In this document: in pieces, positions 40,613-50,672 of the stretch
How the letters are laid out: the number at the start of each line of letters is the position of its first letter
How positions within the stretch are numbered: position 1 is the stretch's first letter
Origin: Chloroflexota bacterium
GTDB taxonomy: Bacteria > Chloroflexota > UBA11872 > VXOZ01
Assembly: GCA_965221905.1 (NCBI GenBank)
Contig: OZ244922.1
Coordinates: 2,432,001 to 2,496,000, forward strand
Length of the DNA: 64,000 bases
Direction: 5' to 3'
Position numbers and translations under genes: made by a program
The notes under the pieces: generated by a model
Told to the model about the DNA's origin: nothing
The model's database searches: none
The model's input: only the letters and a program-made list of their open reading frames with translations

Positions 40613-42397
40613 ATGAACGGAAGCCTTGTCAGTCTCAATGGGTTACTTACCGGAAACCAAGTGTTCGATACTCCCGTTTACCAGAGGGGCTATGCCTGGG
40701 AAAGGAAGAATCTGGAGGACCTGTGGGAGGACCTCTATTACTTGGACTCCTCCAAGAAGCACTACTTCGGAACGGTGCTTCTAAAAGATTCGGGGAAGAC
40801 CGCTCGAATCGCGCTAGCTACTTTGAAGCGGCTCGATGTGATAGACGGCCAGCAGCGGCTTACTACTGTCCTGATACTGTTGCGAGAGATCATCTCGCAG
40901 TTGAAAGAGGTAAGCGCCAATGAGTTGCGGGGAGATGTGGATGCTCTGGAGAGGAACTATCTGAAAGACGGTGGTCATTACAAACTGAACCCTTTGGGTG
41001 ATGATGGTGACTTCTTCCACCATGTCGTCATTGAAGGCAATGATTTTGGCGACACTACGACTCACTCCCAGCGTCGTCTGACGGAGGCCAGAGATTTCTT
41101 CAGAGAACGACTCATCGGCGAGAAAGAACAGCATGCTTCCGAATATCAGAACTTTCTGGTGCAACTCAAGCAGAAGATCGACAATCTTCAACTCATACAG
41201 TACCAGGTCAACTCGGATGCGGATGCCATTCGCATCTTCGAGACCGTTAACGACAGAGGCCGCCCTCTGAGCAATCTTGAGAAGACGAAGAGCTTCCTCA
41301 TGCACACTTCGTACCTTGGGATAGAAGACGATGACGCTGTGGCCGGGAGGCTCAGAGAGTTGAACGGCCACTTTTCCGGAATATATCATCACTTCGAAGA
41401 CGTGATCGGAACCAAACATATGGAACGCTTGCGCATGGATGAGAATGACGTTCACCGTTACCACTTCATAAACTACATTTCGCCCGGAGACGCTTCTTCG
41501 CGTCCCACCGACAGCCTCAAGGATCGCATTAGGGACAAGCTGAGGAAAGACCCTGAAGAGTGTGTCGAGTATGCAATCACCTACGCTAGAGATTTGGAGA
41601 TGGCTTTCCTCGCAGTGAAGCAAATTACCGAAGCCTACAAGGAGGATGAAGAAGGTGGGGCCCTTAGCAAGATATTCATGCTGGAGAGGATGGGGAACAT
41701 ATTTCCGCTCTTGATAGCCTCCTGGCTGAGGTTCGGAGACGATGTCCCACGTCTGGAGGAGATCCTGAAACTCCTGGAGACATTCATCGTTCGTGTGTAC
41801 CTGGTGAGTGGATACCGGAGCCATACCGGAGCGTCAGGGTTCAATGGGATGGCTCGCAGAGTGCACCGCAAGAGACTGGACTACGACGGCCTGCTTGGTG
41901 AACTAAGGGGGATGAATCGCTATTATCAGAACGACGAACACTTCATGTGGGCACTTGGTCAAGGCAACCTCTATGACCGCCTAAGCTCAAGAACCATAAG
42001 GTACCTGCTGAGCGAATATGAGATTCATCTCAGAACGAAGGTTGATGTGCCACTGGCTGTCGCGACACAGGAGAAAATCCTGTCGTCCGAATACGAAGTA
42101 GAGCATGTCTGGGCTCAGCATCCGTCTTATGAAATGGGCGCAAAGGAACAGATGGAGCACCAGCAGCATGTCCATCGGCTTGGTAACTTGACCATAGCTT
42201 CACAGTCGTGGAACAAAAGTATGGGAAACAAGACATTCCAGGAGAAGCGGTGGCAACCTGGAGAGATGCCTAGTTACTCAAACTCTATTTTGCTGGTACA
42301 GAAGGAGCTAGCTAAGCTTCCCTCTTGGGATGTCGACGCGATCAACAACCGGGAGGCCGATATAGTGGACTTCGCACTGCAAAGGTGGTCTGTATAG
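40613..42397 (+). CDS. DUF262-DUF1524 GmrSD-type modification-dependent restriction endonuclease
   Basis: YQRGYAW, IDGQQRLTT, FETVNDRG, EHVW, LGNLT..N. Confidence 0.9.
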   Translation: MNGSLVSLNGLLTGNQVFDTPVYQRGYAWERKNLEDLWEDLYYLDSSKKHYFGTVLLKDSGKTARIALATLKRLDVIDGQQRLTTVLILLREIISQLKEVSANELRGDVDALERNYLKDGGHYKLNPLGDDGDFFHHVVIEGNDFGDTTTHSQRRLTEARDFFRERLIGEKEQHASEYQNFLVQLKQKIDNLQLIQYQVNSDADAIRIFETVNDRGRPLSNLEKTKSFLMHTSYLGIEDDDAVAGRLRELNGHFSGIYHHFEDVIGTKHMERLRMDENDVHRYHFINYISPGDASSRPTDSLKDRIRDKLRKDPEECVEYAITYARDLEMAFLAVKQITEAYKEDEEGGALSKIFMLERMGNIFPLLIASWLRFGDDVPRLEEILKLLETFIVRVYLVSGYRSHTGASGFNGMARRVHRKRLDYDGLLGELRGMNRYYQNDEHFMWALGQGNLYDRLSSRTIRYLLSEYEIHLRTKVDVPLAVATQEKILSSEYEVEHVWAQHPSYEMGAKEQMEHQQHVHRLGNLTIASQSWNKSMGNKTFQEKRWQPGEMPSYSNSILLVQKELAKLPSWDVDAINNREADIVDFALQRWSV

Positions 42398-42431
42398 TTT
42401 CACCGCTCGGCACCCTTCCCAAAGTACCCTA

Positions 42432-42806
42432 TCAGGACGGGGGTTGGCTTGGTGGATTCACTGGATAGTCCTCCGGCTTGCCCGTGTCACCGGGCTGGAT
42501 TACAAAGTCTCGACGTTCCCGGTAAAAACGAGCACGGTTCAGCACGTAGTTCTCCCCGGGTTTCAGGTCATCCCAATGGGTCATCAGCCAGTATTTGTGG
42601 TCGCCGATGAACAGATAGGTGTTGTTCATGCGAAAGAAGCGGCAAGCCACGCCCTCTCCAGCGCGGAATCTCTCGCAGACTGCCTCCAGCAACTCCTGCC
42701 GACCGTCCATCTCGGACAGAATGTACTCGTGGGGCCAAGTATCCCGATAGGTAACCGCCTCCCGCCAGGGTGCACGGGCTATCAACTCCGTAAGCGTTGA
42801 TGTCAT
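42432..42806 (-). CDS. hypothetical protein
   Basis: RBS-preceded ORF with globular, aromatic-rich composition (PWREAVTY..TWPHEY, KYWLM, VLNR). Confidence 0.65.
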   Translation of the reverse strand: MTSTLTELIARAPWREAVTYRDTWPHEYILSEMDGRQELLEAVCERFRAGEGVACRFFRMNNTYLFIGDHKYWLMTHWDDLKPGENYVLNRARFYRERRDFVIQPGDTGKPEDYPVNPPSQPPS

Positions 42807-43115
42807 TCCCTATGACTCCCTAATTCTTCATGGAGAAGCCGCGCAGTTGCAGCACAGGAAGCTCCGTTCGCCGGGATTCACCAGTGCAGGTGCAACGCCA
42901 TTGAACGCCACGTACGCAACACCTCTCGTCGTAGCTTGGTGGCACTTTACTCAAATTGGCCTCTATGGACAACCAATACCCCGGCGCGGGAAAGGGGTGT
43001 CCGGAGTCCTTCTCGCCGATGGAGACTTTTGCGCAACTCTTGCCCCTTGATGGAATAAGGCCGGGACAGGGGTGTTAAAAACTGACGTTAAGCAATTGTG
43101 GGTAATGCAGCACCT

Positions 43116-43144
43116 CTGGATTCCGGCTTTCGCCGGAATGACGG
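43116..43144 (+). repeat. palindromic repeat family A
   Basis: CTGGATTCCGGCTTTCGCCGGAATGACGG. Confidence 0.8.
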
Positions 43145-43275
43145 ATTATGCAAGAGTCTCCGTAGGTACTCCTGAGAAAGACGGTCGCGGGCTTTCACCT
43201 GACGGCTTAAGACCAGAGGCCAGCTTATACTGCCAAACAGAACCTCAGCGTGAAGTTTCTCGGCTTTGTCCAGCT

Positions 43276-43351
43276 TGGTGGGCCCAATCGGGGTCGACCC
43301 GACGACCTCGTGAATGCCATTCACGCGCTCTCCCACCTGAGCTACGGGCCC
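43276..43351 (-). pseudogene. degenerate second copy of tRNA-Ala(GGC)
   Basis: near-copy of 45014-45089 but G3:C70 instead of G3:U70 and T loop GTCGA instead of TTCGA. Confidence 0.75.
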
Positions 43352-43492
43352 GCATTCAACTATAATTGTAGGCGATCCGTTTTGCGCCTACTTGATCAAG
43401 ATAGAATGTTGACCACCCTCGCCGGCGGTTCCCATCAGCCCGGCACCAAGGAGCCCACTCTTGCGCGACCATAATGAGAAAATAGCGGCAAT

Positions 43493-44620
43493 CTAGGAAG
43501 TCTGACAGTTCGGATAGCCGCTGCGCAATGGTGTGCCGCTCGACGAATACGGGTCTCCTTCAACGATGCGCTCGAAAAAGGTAGCATCTGCCGCCGTCAC
43601 GTTGCACCAGTAGAAGCCCAGTGCCTGAAACGTCGGATAGTCCGGTATGTGCCGCCATTTCAGTTGGCTCGCGTCGTAGGCAAAGATACGGTCATCAAGG
43701 CCATCGAAGCGTCGCGCTAACTGGTTCGGCTCCGGGAAACGATGGTCCAACGGAATAGACGCCACCACACCCACCGGCACGGAGTACCGTGTGTTCACTA
43801 TCTCCCAGGGGATGGAGTAGACCAATGGGCTTCCCGGCGCCACCCAACGGCGCACTATCTTACCGCTGTCCTCATAGCGCACGATGACATAGGTTTGGCC
43901 TAGGGTTGCGTCGCGAATGATGCCGACGACAACCTGACTTGAACCATCCCTTGCGATCCAGCCAACGCCCAACTCGAAAGTGGCGCCCGCTTCGTCATGA
44001 CGCGTGATGACGAGACGATCTCCAACCACCTCGGTAGCCGTGGCGGAATTCGTTTGCCCAATCACCCGCGGCAGCGTGGAGTCGTCCGATTCATCCGAAT
44101 CAGTAGTGATCGTTCCCGTCTGGATCGCTCCCGGTATTACCCGAATGGAGGTCTCGTCGGAGTATTCTCCCACGCCAATCCGGTTCACCGCGGCTACCCT
44201 CACGGAATACGTGGATTCTGGTTGTAGCCCGCTAAGCCGGATGGGTCGCGCCTGGTCTTCTTCGACAAGCATCGAAATGCTGAAGTCGTCACCCGCCCTG
44301 TAGTATTCAATTGCGTATCGGAGAATGCTCGACCCACCATCACCAGGTGTACTCCAATTGACATCAATGGCGTTGGTGCCAACGACCCGCAGCGAGGGCG
44401 TGCCCGGCTTTTCCGGCACGGTTGGATCGTCTGCAATTGCCGCGCCTGTCCCTACGGTGGCAAAGAGAGCAATCAGCCCCGCCATTGCGACTAGCACGAG
44501 CCCCGCGCGCCGCAACAACGCTATCGTCAATCGTAGCGGTGAAGAAGGTGCACCTTCCGCGCTTATCCAAGGTCGGTTGCTTGCGATCTGCTTACCCATC
44601 ATGATGCCTAACCCTTCCAC
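43493..44620 (-). CDS. secreted fibronectin type III domain protein
   Basis: signal peptide; VNWSTPGDGGSSI..Y, LSGLQPESTYSVRVAAVN.IGVGEYS. Confidence 0.85.
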   Translation of the reverse strand: MEGLGIMMGKQIASNRPWISAEGAPSSPLRLTIALLRRAGLVLVAMAGLIALFATVGTGAAIADDPTVPEKPGTPSLRVVGTNAIDVNWSTPGDGGSSILRYAIEYYRAGDDFSISMLVEEDQARPIRLSGLQPESTYSVRVAAVNRIGVGEYSDETSIRVIPGAIQTGTITTDSDESDDSTLPRVIGQTNSATATEVVGDRLVITRHDEAGATFELGVGWIARDGSSQVVVGIIRDATLGQTYVIVRYEDSGKIVRRWVAPGSPLVYSIPWEIVNTRYSVPVGVVASIPLDHRFPEPNQLARRFDGLDDRIFAYDASQLKWRHIPDYPTFQALGFYWCNVTAADATFFERIVEGDPYSSSGTPLRSGYPNCQTS

Positions 44621-45013
44621 TAAGTCTGGCTATGCGCTACGAACTCAATGAATGCAGTTTGCGCTATCGTGCCGACGCCTCTGTCCTGAGAACTAAGGAA
44701 CAGCAAGGATGACTTGAAGGAAAATTGCGAAAGTGAACCGAGAAGGTTTTGTCTGGAGAGCTTAGCAATGGGCTAAGCTACTTTCGTCGCTCTTGGTAGG
44801 ATAGGGGATCAAATACGAATATGCAGGATTCCACGAGATTGTGCGGCATTCAAGGAAATCTTAGACGCTTCTTACAAGAGAGGACATATCGGAACCAGTG
44901 CGGCGAAACTCACCGGCACAATACAATCCGCGGGCAGTATCTTGAATCACTCGAAAAGCCATGGGGCAATAGTGAATCACCCAAAACTACATGGTGATTC
45001 GCATCTGGAACTC

Positions 45014-45089
45014 TGGTGGACCCGATCGGGCTCGAACCGACGACCTCATGAATGCCATTCACGCGCTCTCCCAACTGAGCTACGGGCCC
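45014..45089 (-). tRNA. tRNA-Ala(GGC), intact
   Basis: cloverleaf, G3:U70, anticodon GGC, GGTTCGA, CCA; upstream TACAAT -10 box. Confidence 0.95.
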
Positions 45090-45178
45090 GCATTCGTCTA
45101 TAATTGTAGCATCGAAACGGGAGTCGCGTAAACGCACCGTCAGCAAGCCAGCAGGCACATGGCAAAAGGAGTCCTAAA

Positions 45179-46231
45179 ATGGCTACTTACCGCGTTGGTA
45201 TCGTCGGCTGCACTGGCATTGCCAGTCAGCCGTCTCAATCGTTGTCGCACCCCATCCTCGGCACTGTTGCGCCGCATTCCCACGCGGCGGGCTATGATTG
45301 CGTTCCTTCGACGGAAGTCGTTGCGGTATGCGACCTGGTGCCGGAGCGCACCCAGGCTTTCGTTGCAACGTGGCAACATCGCTGGTCGAACATCTCGCAG
45401 TATCAAGACTACCGCGAGATGCTGGCTCGAGAGAACTTGGACATCGTGAGCGTGGTGACTTCCGATCACCGCCACGCTGACATTACCATTGCCGCCGCGG
45501 AAGCCGGGGCGCGCGCAATTTTCTGCGAAAAGCCGCTTGCCACTACGGTCGCCGACGCCGATCGCATGATCGAGGCAATTGAAAAGCACGGTGTCTTTCT
45601 CTCCGTCGATCACAGCCGTCGTTGGCAGCCTCAGTGGTATGAGGCGCGTGAAGCAATCCGCAACGGCGCAATCGGCCCGGTGCGTACGATAGTCGGCAAA
45701 CTCGGCGGCGTACGCGCTATGCTCTTTCGCAACGGCACGCACCTGATGGATGCGATTTGCTTCTATGCTGACGGGGAACCGGAGTGGCTGACGGCACGAT
45801 ACGACGACCGCTTTGCGGACTACGGTCCGCGCTACGCCGGCGACGGCGGGCACGATCCCAGCACTGATCCCGGTGTCTGCTCTTTTATTCTCTTCTCGAA
45901 CGGTGTGCGCGCGTTCTATAGCGGCGGGCAGGACGTTTTTCCTCGCTTCGAATTAGAAGTGATGGGGGAGACGGGTCGGATACGCTTGGGTAATTCCAGC
46001 GCTGCCGAAATTGAAACCGACGACGGCGTTCAAGCGCTTTCACCGGCTTCGGCTACGGTCTCAGGCAGCGCCGCCGCCATCGAAGAGCTCATTGCACTGG
46101 TAGAAGGACGGGGTACTTTACCCCAGATTTCAGGACCCTACGACGGTCGGCGCGTGGCGGAAATCCTCGTCGCCACCGTGCAGTCGGCCTCCCAAGGCGG
46201 CGCGCCTTTGACGTTCCCGATTCAAGATTAG
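45179..46231 (+). CDS. Gfo/Idh/MocA family oxidoreductase
   Basis: VGIVGC, CEKPLA, GTHLMD. Confidence 0.92.
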   Translation: MATYRVGIVGCTGIASQPSQSLSHPILGTVAPHSHAAGYDCVPSTEVVAVCDLVPERTQAFVATWQHRWSNISQYQDYREMLARENLDIVSVVTSDHRHADITIAAAEAGARAIFCEKPLATTVADADRMIEAIEKHGVFLSVDHSRRWQPQWYEAREAIRNGAIGPVRTIVGKLGGVRAMLFRNGTHLMDAICFYADGEPEWLTARYDDRFADYGPRYAGDGGHDPSTDPGVCSFILFSNGVRAFYSGGQDVFPRFELEVMGETGRIRLGNSSAAEIETDDGVQALSPASATVSGSAAAIEELIALVEGRGTLPQISGPYDGRRVAEILVATVQSASQGGAPLTFPIQD

Positions 46232-46511
46232 GACCATCGCGCTGAGCCCTCGTCTCCACGGGCGATATGCGAAACGCGGCTTGGGCGAGAGTGCGTGGTT
46301 GATTCTTCGTGGGAATGAGGTGTTTCCCTTTGCCCTGGCCTGGATTTGTAGCGCGGGGGCTTCTCTCCCGCTTTTGACGGTGGACATGAGGTGCGGCGCG
46401 AATTAGTTTCCGCGTGCGCGGGATTGACGGGCCGTCCTGAACACTGCCTGGAAAGCGTAGACTACTCACTTTGCTTGAAGGCAGGCTTGATTCAGCAGTA
46501 ATCAGACCGCC

Positions 46512-48944
46512 CTACGTGTGCATTCTCTGCTTGAGCCAGAAATAGAGGCGGAATGGCAACATGCTGTGGTAGCGCTGCAGCGTGGCCTCCAGCCCATTGA
46601 TTGTTTCGTCCTTGGCCTGTACGAGCTCGCCGATGTACTGGTCCTTCTGCATTACCGTATCCTCGAGGAAACGCAGCCGACCCTCCAACTCTACATGGCG
46701 TTCCACAAGGTCGCTCACCCAGCCGTGCATCCACTCCTCGAATTGGCCGGACACAACCACGTGAGGAGTTGGCTCGGCATCCGACTCCCGCAGCGCGTCC
46801 TCTATTCCTTCCGTAAACGCGTGGCGCAACACTGTTGCATAGTATTTCTCGCGGAGTTGCGGGTTGGCTATCTCGGTGACGCCGATTTCATCCGCCAGGT
46901 GCGGATACTTACCTAACATGCGCACCGCAGACTTCCCAGCAGCGCGCTGACGGGCAAGGAATTGCTCAAAGTCCACCGGCTCGGCATGGTAAGCAACCGC
47001 GCGCTCGTTAAATACCAAACGCACGCCTCGTTGCTGCAGGCGAATGGCGAGGTCTGCATCCTCATAGAAGCGCAGCAATTCGTCGAAACCTTCCAGGGCT
47101 AGAAAGTCCTCACGCCACACCGAGCAGTTCGCCGTATAGAAGCACGAAAAAGGCAGGTTTTCGGGATCGGTTATACGGTTGAACGCAAAGAGCACACCGC
47201 GCAAGGCCATCTCCATGAAGGGCGAAACTTCCAAGTCCGGGTGCCATGGAGTATACCCGGCTACTGCAAATCCTCTGCCCTTAGTCACGTGTGTCTGCAC
47301 GTGCTCTTCGATAAACCGAGGGTGCGGCACACAGTCATCATCCAAGAACACCAAGAGATCGCCGGACGCGGCGCCTACTCCCAGATTACGGGCGGCCGCC
47401 GGGCCGGCGTTCGCTTGGCGGATCATGCGCCAGCCGCTGCGCTCGCTGCATATGTCACCGAGTGTGGACGGAGTATCGTCCACAGAACCGTCATCCACAA
47501 AGAGCACTTCACCGGCAGGGTGACTCTGCGCCGCAAGCGCTTCGGCCAGTCTCGGCAAGAGGCGGGCGCGATTATAGGTGGGAATGATGAGACTCACCGT
47601 AGGTGCGGTCTCGGGCGCGACCGCAGACGGAGTTTCAGAAGTAATGCCTGCCGCCTCTTTCGGTTGAGGCAGCCTGCCAGGGGGAGTACCCGCGCTGCCG
47701 GCTCCACTCATGTGTTCTTTCTCTTCCGTCTGTTCCAACTGTTGTTCCAATCCGAGTGCCCGCACAATGGTCGGGAAAAGATCCTGCATTGCTAGTGTAG
47801 CGTGACCGGGCAGCCATGCCACAGAATGCGCAATGTAACGGCTCCAGTTATCTGTCACATCGGGCAGGTACCCGTGCATGCCTTGGATTGCCTCAGACTG
47901 GAAGAAGTTAGGGCAAATGAGCACCCCCCGCTCGGCAGCGTACATGATACGGCCATAGGGTGCAGGATCGGCATAGGCGACACCAAGTTCTTCGCGTTCA
48001 CTTTCTTGAATCGGGCGGACCCCTTCGATACCGTCGAGTGTCCGATGCAGCACTGACTCTGCCTGTTCGTGTGCCGGCCAGAGTCTAACGCCGGTGGAAT
48101 CTAGGAAGAATACATAGTCGTCGGGCACGCAGAGGCCGGTCTGGGCAAGTGCTGCCTGCACGTCCACGGTGCGCTCCACCGCAACCATGCCATGGTCCCC
48201 AAAGATCAATGCGGCGGCGCTGCCGTGCATTTCGTCAAGCGTGGCAAGCACGCGCTCCACGGCATGGTCGATACCCCTCAATGCCGACAGCACCTGCCGA
48301 CTGCCGGGGCCATGCTCGTGGCCGAGCCAGTCAAGCGCGCCAAAGTGCAGATAGACCAGCGCGTGTTCCGGCCTGACCGCCGCTTCAAATTGAGCCAAGA
48401 GGCGGTCAGTTTGCTGATCGTCGCGGGGGTGACCGAGTGCCAGCCAGGACTTACCTCTCTCGCGCAGCAGATCGTACACGCTCGGCACACCTAATGCGTT
48501 TTGTTCCTGCGAATCACGCTCCCAACCAAACGCGAATTGCGGCAAAAGGGCGGGAGGGATGCGGGCGGTCATGCCATAGCAGGCTGACGCACTATGCCCG
48601 CGCTCGTTTTCTATCAAGCGGGTCTTGCGGTCCCAGAGCGGACGCAACACGCTCTCTAGTTGCGGATGCCTAGCAAGGTCGCCCTCTGTAGGCAGGTCGA
48701 TCTCCTGAAAAGGCGATCTGTCGGGATCGCGGACAAACATTGTATGGCCGACTGTGGTTTGATTGGGCAGGCAGCCGGTGAGAAAACCGGGATGCTCCTG
48801 GAACCCATACGTGGGAATGAGCGGGCCGGACTTCCCCTCTTGCATGAGCCTGTAGAGAAACGGCGCACTCTGCGGCGTCACGTAGTCGTGCCGCAGCGCG
48901 TCAATCAACAAGAGAGCAAGGGGTGGATGCAAAGGTGTCGACAT
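46512..48944 (-). CDS. alkaline-phosphatase-superfamily phosphodiesterase fused to GT2 glycosyltransferase
   Basis: IDALR, LDWLGH.HG, GDHG, GMHGY; then IIPTYNR, VDDGS, NAGPAAARN, FLDDD, EDADL; coiled-coil tail. Confidence 0.88.
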   Translation of the reverse strand: MSTPLHPPLALLLIDALRHDYVTPQSAPFLYRLMQEGKSGPLIPTYGFQEHPGFLTGCLPNQTTVGHTMFVRDPDRSPFQEIDLPTEGDLARHPQLESVLRPLWDRKTRLIENERGHSASACYGMTARIPPALLPQFAFGWERDSQEQNALGVPSVYDLLRERGKSWLALGHPRDDQQTDRLLAQFEAAVRPEHALVYLHFGALDWLGHEHGPGSRQVLSALRGIDHAVERVLATLDEMHGSAAALIFGDHGMVAVERTVDVQAALAQTGLCVPDDYVFFLDSTGVRLWPAHEQAESVLHRTLDGIEGVRPIQESEREELGVAYADPAPYGRIMYAAERGVLICPNFFQSEAIQGMHGYLPDVTDNWSRYIAHSVAWLPGHATLAMQDLFPTIVRALGLEQQLEQTEEKEHMSGAGSAGTPPGRLPQPKEAAGITSETPSAVAPETAPTVSLIIPTYNRARLLPRLAEALAAQSHPAGEVLFVDDGSVDDTPSTLGDICSERSGWRMIRQANAGPAAARNLGVGAASGDLLVFLDDDCVPHPRFIEEHVQTHVTKGRGFAVAGYTPWHPDLEVSPFMEMALRGVLFAFNRITDPENLPFSCFYTANCSVWREDFLALEGFDELLRFYEDADLAIRLQQRGVRLVFNERAVAYHAEPVDFEQFLARQRAAGKSAVRMLGKYPHLADEIGVTEIANPQLREKYYATVLRHAFTEGIEDALRESDAEPTPHVVVSGQFEEWMHGWVSDLVERHVELEGRLRFLEDTVMQKDQYIGELVQAKDETINGLEATLQRYHSMLPFRLYFWLKQRMHT

Positions 48945-48945
48945 A

Positions 48946-50007
48946 TCAGTGACAGTAGCGAAACCAAGCGGCAACAACCGCGCGGCGCACGAGCGGCCAC
49001 GAGTTGCCTGCGCAGGTGATGCCTGCTCTCGACAACAGGTCACGTGCCAGCGAGAGCATGCTCGCGTCCGGTTGCTTTTCGTCCCAAGCGGCAAGTGTTA
49101 CATACTGGGCAGCCTCGATCGCAGCGCGCCGAGGGTCTCCGGCAGCATTGTAGTTTGCCACGAAAAGCGCCAGTTCTTGCGGAGTCTCGAAGGGGCGGTG
49201 ACAAGCGTACATCCAATTCATCAAGTACAAGAATGTGCGGAGCAATTCACCGCGCGTGCGCTGCCAAAAGGATGCAGTCGGTATGTCGAGTTGCGCAGGA
49301 TCCAAATTCTGACGGAGGCGCCAAGCAGCCTCAACAAGCTCAACGCGCTCACATCCAACGGGAAGCAACGACCGCAACAGGTCACGCTTGCCTTCGTAGC
49401 GAATCGCATACATGCCATGGAGCAGCGCCACGGAGTCGGCAAGCGCAAATGCCGCCTTGGCAGTCTGGTAGGCAAGAAAGAGTGCGGCCCGCGGGTCATG
49501 CTCGGATGCATTCGGGCCATCCTCCACGCTCTCCAGCAAACAAATCATGCGGTTGAGCAGCAAGACCTGTGCCTCGATGAGGGGAATGTCCGCCGGTTCC
49601 CAATGCGGCAGAGCGTGCAAGAGACTCGCATCTCCGTGAAACACGTAACCCTCATGACGGAAATCATAATTGAAAATGCTCGGTGGCAACCAAGCAAACC
49701 GATGGAGGCCCACGCCCACGAGGTCCACGCCGCGTAGACCAACCTGCCGCGCCACTTGCGCACCCAGGGACTTGCAAAGCTCTGCTTCCGGCTCCACCTT
49801 GGCCACTACAACCACATCATAGTCGTTGTACGGCTGGGACTCTCCAGCAGACTCCAGGAAGGAACCTTCACCGTGGGCAAAACTGCCGGTAAGAATTATT
49901 GTCTCGACATCCGGCACGCTGCGAATCACTACTTGTCGCAGCCGTTCCAGATCCCGGACAACCCGTGGGTGAATTCTCGTCTGTGTGGGCACTTCCATGC
50001 CCTCCAT
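48946..50007 (-). CDS. pol-beta-family nucleotidyltransferase domain protein
   Basis: ILTGSFAHGEG, NDYDVVVV, VDL; helical C-terminal half. Confidence 0.8.
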   Translation of the reverse strand: MEGMEVPTQTRIHPRVVRDLERLRQVVIRSVPDVETIILTGSFAHGEGSFLESAGESQPYNDYDVVVVAKVEPEAELCKSLGAQVARQVGLRGVDLVGVGLHRFAWLPPSIFNYDFRHEGYVFHGDASLLHALPHWEPADIPLIEAQVLLLNRMICLLESVEDGPNASEHDPRAALFLAYQTAKAAFALADSVALLHGMYAIRYEGKRDLLRSLLPVGCERVELVEAAWRLRQNLDPAQLDIPTASFWQRTRGELLRTFLYLMNWMYACHRPFETPQELALFVANYNAAGDPRRAAIEAAQYVTLAAWDEKQPDASMLSLARDLLSRAGITCAGNSWPLVRRAVVAAWFRYCH

Positions 50008-50150
50008 TATATGAGGACTCCCGGCCGCGTGCGCAGGCAGCTCTTCGCAATCTTTGACCTCGCGGTGATGTCACCGTACAATGCAGAACGTGTAATTGCT
50101 CATCGGCATGCCCTACCCGTATGCTAAGAATCTTAAGAGAGAGGAAAGAC

Positions 50151-50621
50151 ATGACCCCAGAAGAGAAACTCCAAGAGATGGGATTCGAACTTCAGACGCC
50201 GAACGCACCTATTGCAAACTATGTTCCCTGGGTGCGAACCGGAAACCTCGTTTATTTGTCAGGCCAGGGCCCCAACCGCGCAGGCGACACGAGCTCGCCC
50301 ACGTACGACGGCAAGCTGGGAGAGCGCTACGGTATCGAAGAGGGCTACAAAGCGGCACAGCTTACTGCACTTAATCTTCTCTGCGCGCTCAAAGATGCCA
50401 CCGGAGAATTGAGCAAGGTGAAGCGCATTGTCAAAGTGCTGGGAATGGTCAATAGTACGCCGGACTTTGCCGACCAGCCCAAGGTGATTAATGGCTGCTC
50501 CGACCTCTTGGTAGAGGTCTTTGGCGACAAGGGTAAGCACGCCCGCTCCGCGGTCGGCATGGGCGCGCTGCCGAATAACATCCCGGTCGAAATTGAGATA
50601 ATCGTCGAAGTAGAAGCGTAG
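50151..50621 (+). CDS. RidA/YjgF family protein
   Basis: ANYVP, YLSGQGP, INGCSDLL, HARSAVG, VEIE. Confidence 0.93.
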   Translation: MTPEEKLQEMGFELQTPNAPIANYVPWVRTGNLVYLSGQGPNRAGDTSSPTYDGKLGERYGIEEGYKAAQLTALNLLCALKDATGELSKVKRIVKVLGMVNSTPDFADQPKVINGCSDLLVEVFGDKGKHARSAVGMGALPNNIPVEIEIIVEVEA

Positions 50622-50672
50622 TAACGAACACCGTACGTAATAGCGCATCTCTGTGCTAGCAAGGAGATACCT

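Noticed and set aside
40814-41824. Long antisense ORFs (also 32631-33428, 39502-40263, 62854-63648)
   Set aside because: Opposite well-supported genes, no motifs; expected from codon bias.
48945-49094. N-terminal extension of the phosphodiesterase-GT2 ORF
   Set aside because: Overlaps the nucleotidyltransferase; ATG 48944 next to its stop is the likelier start.
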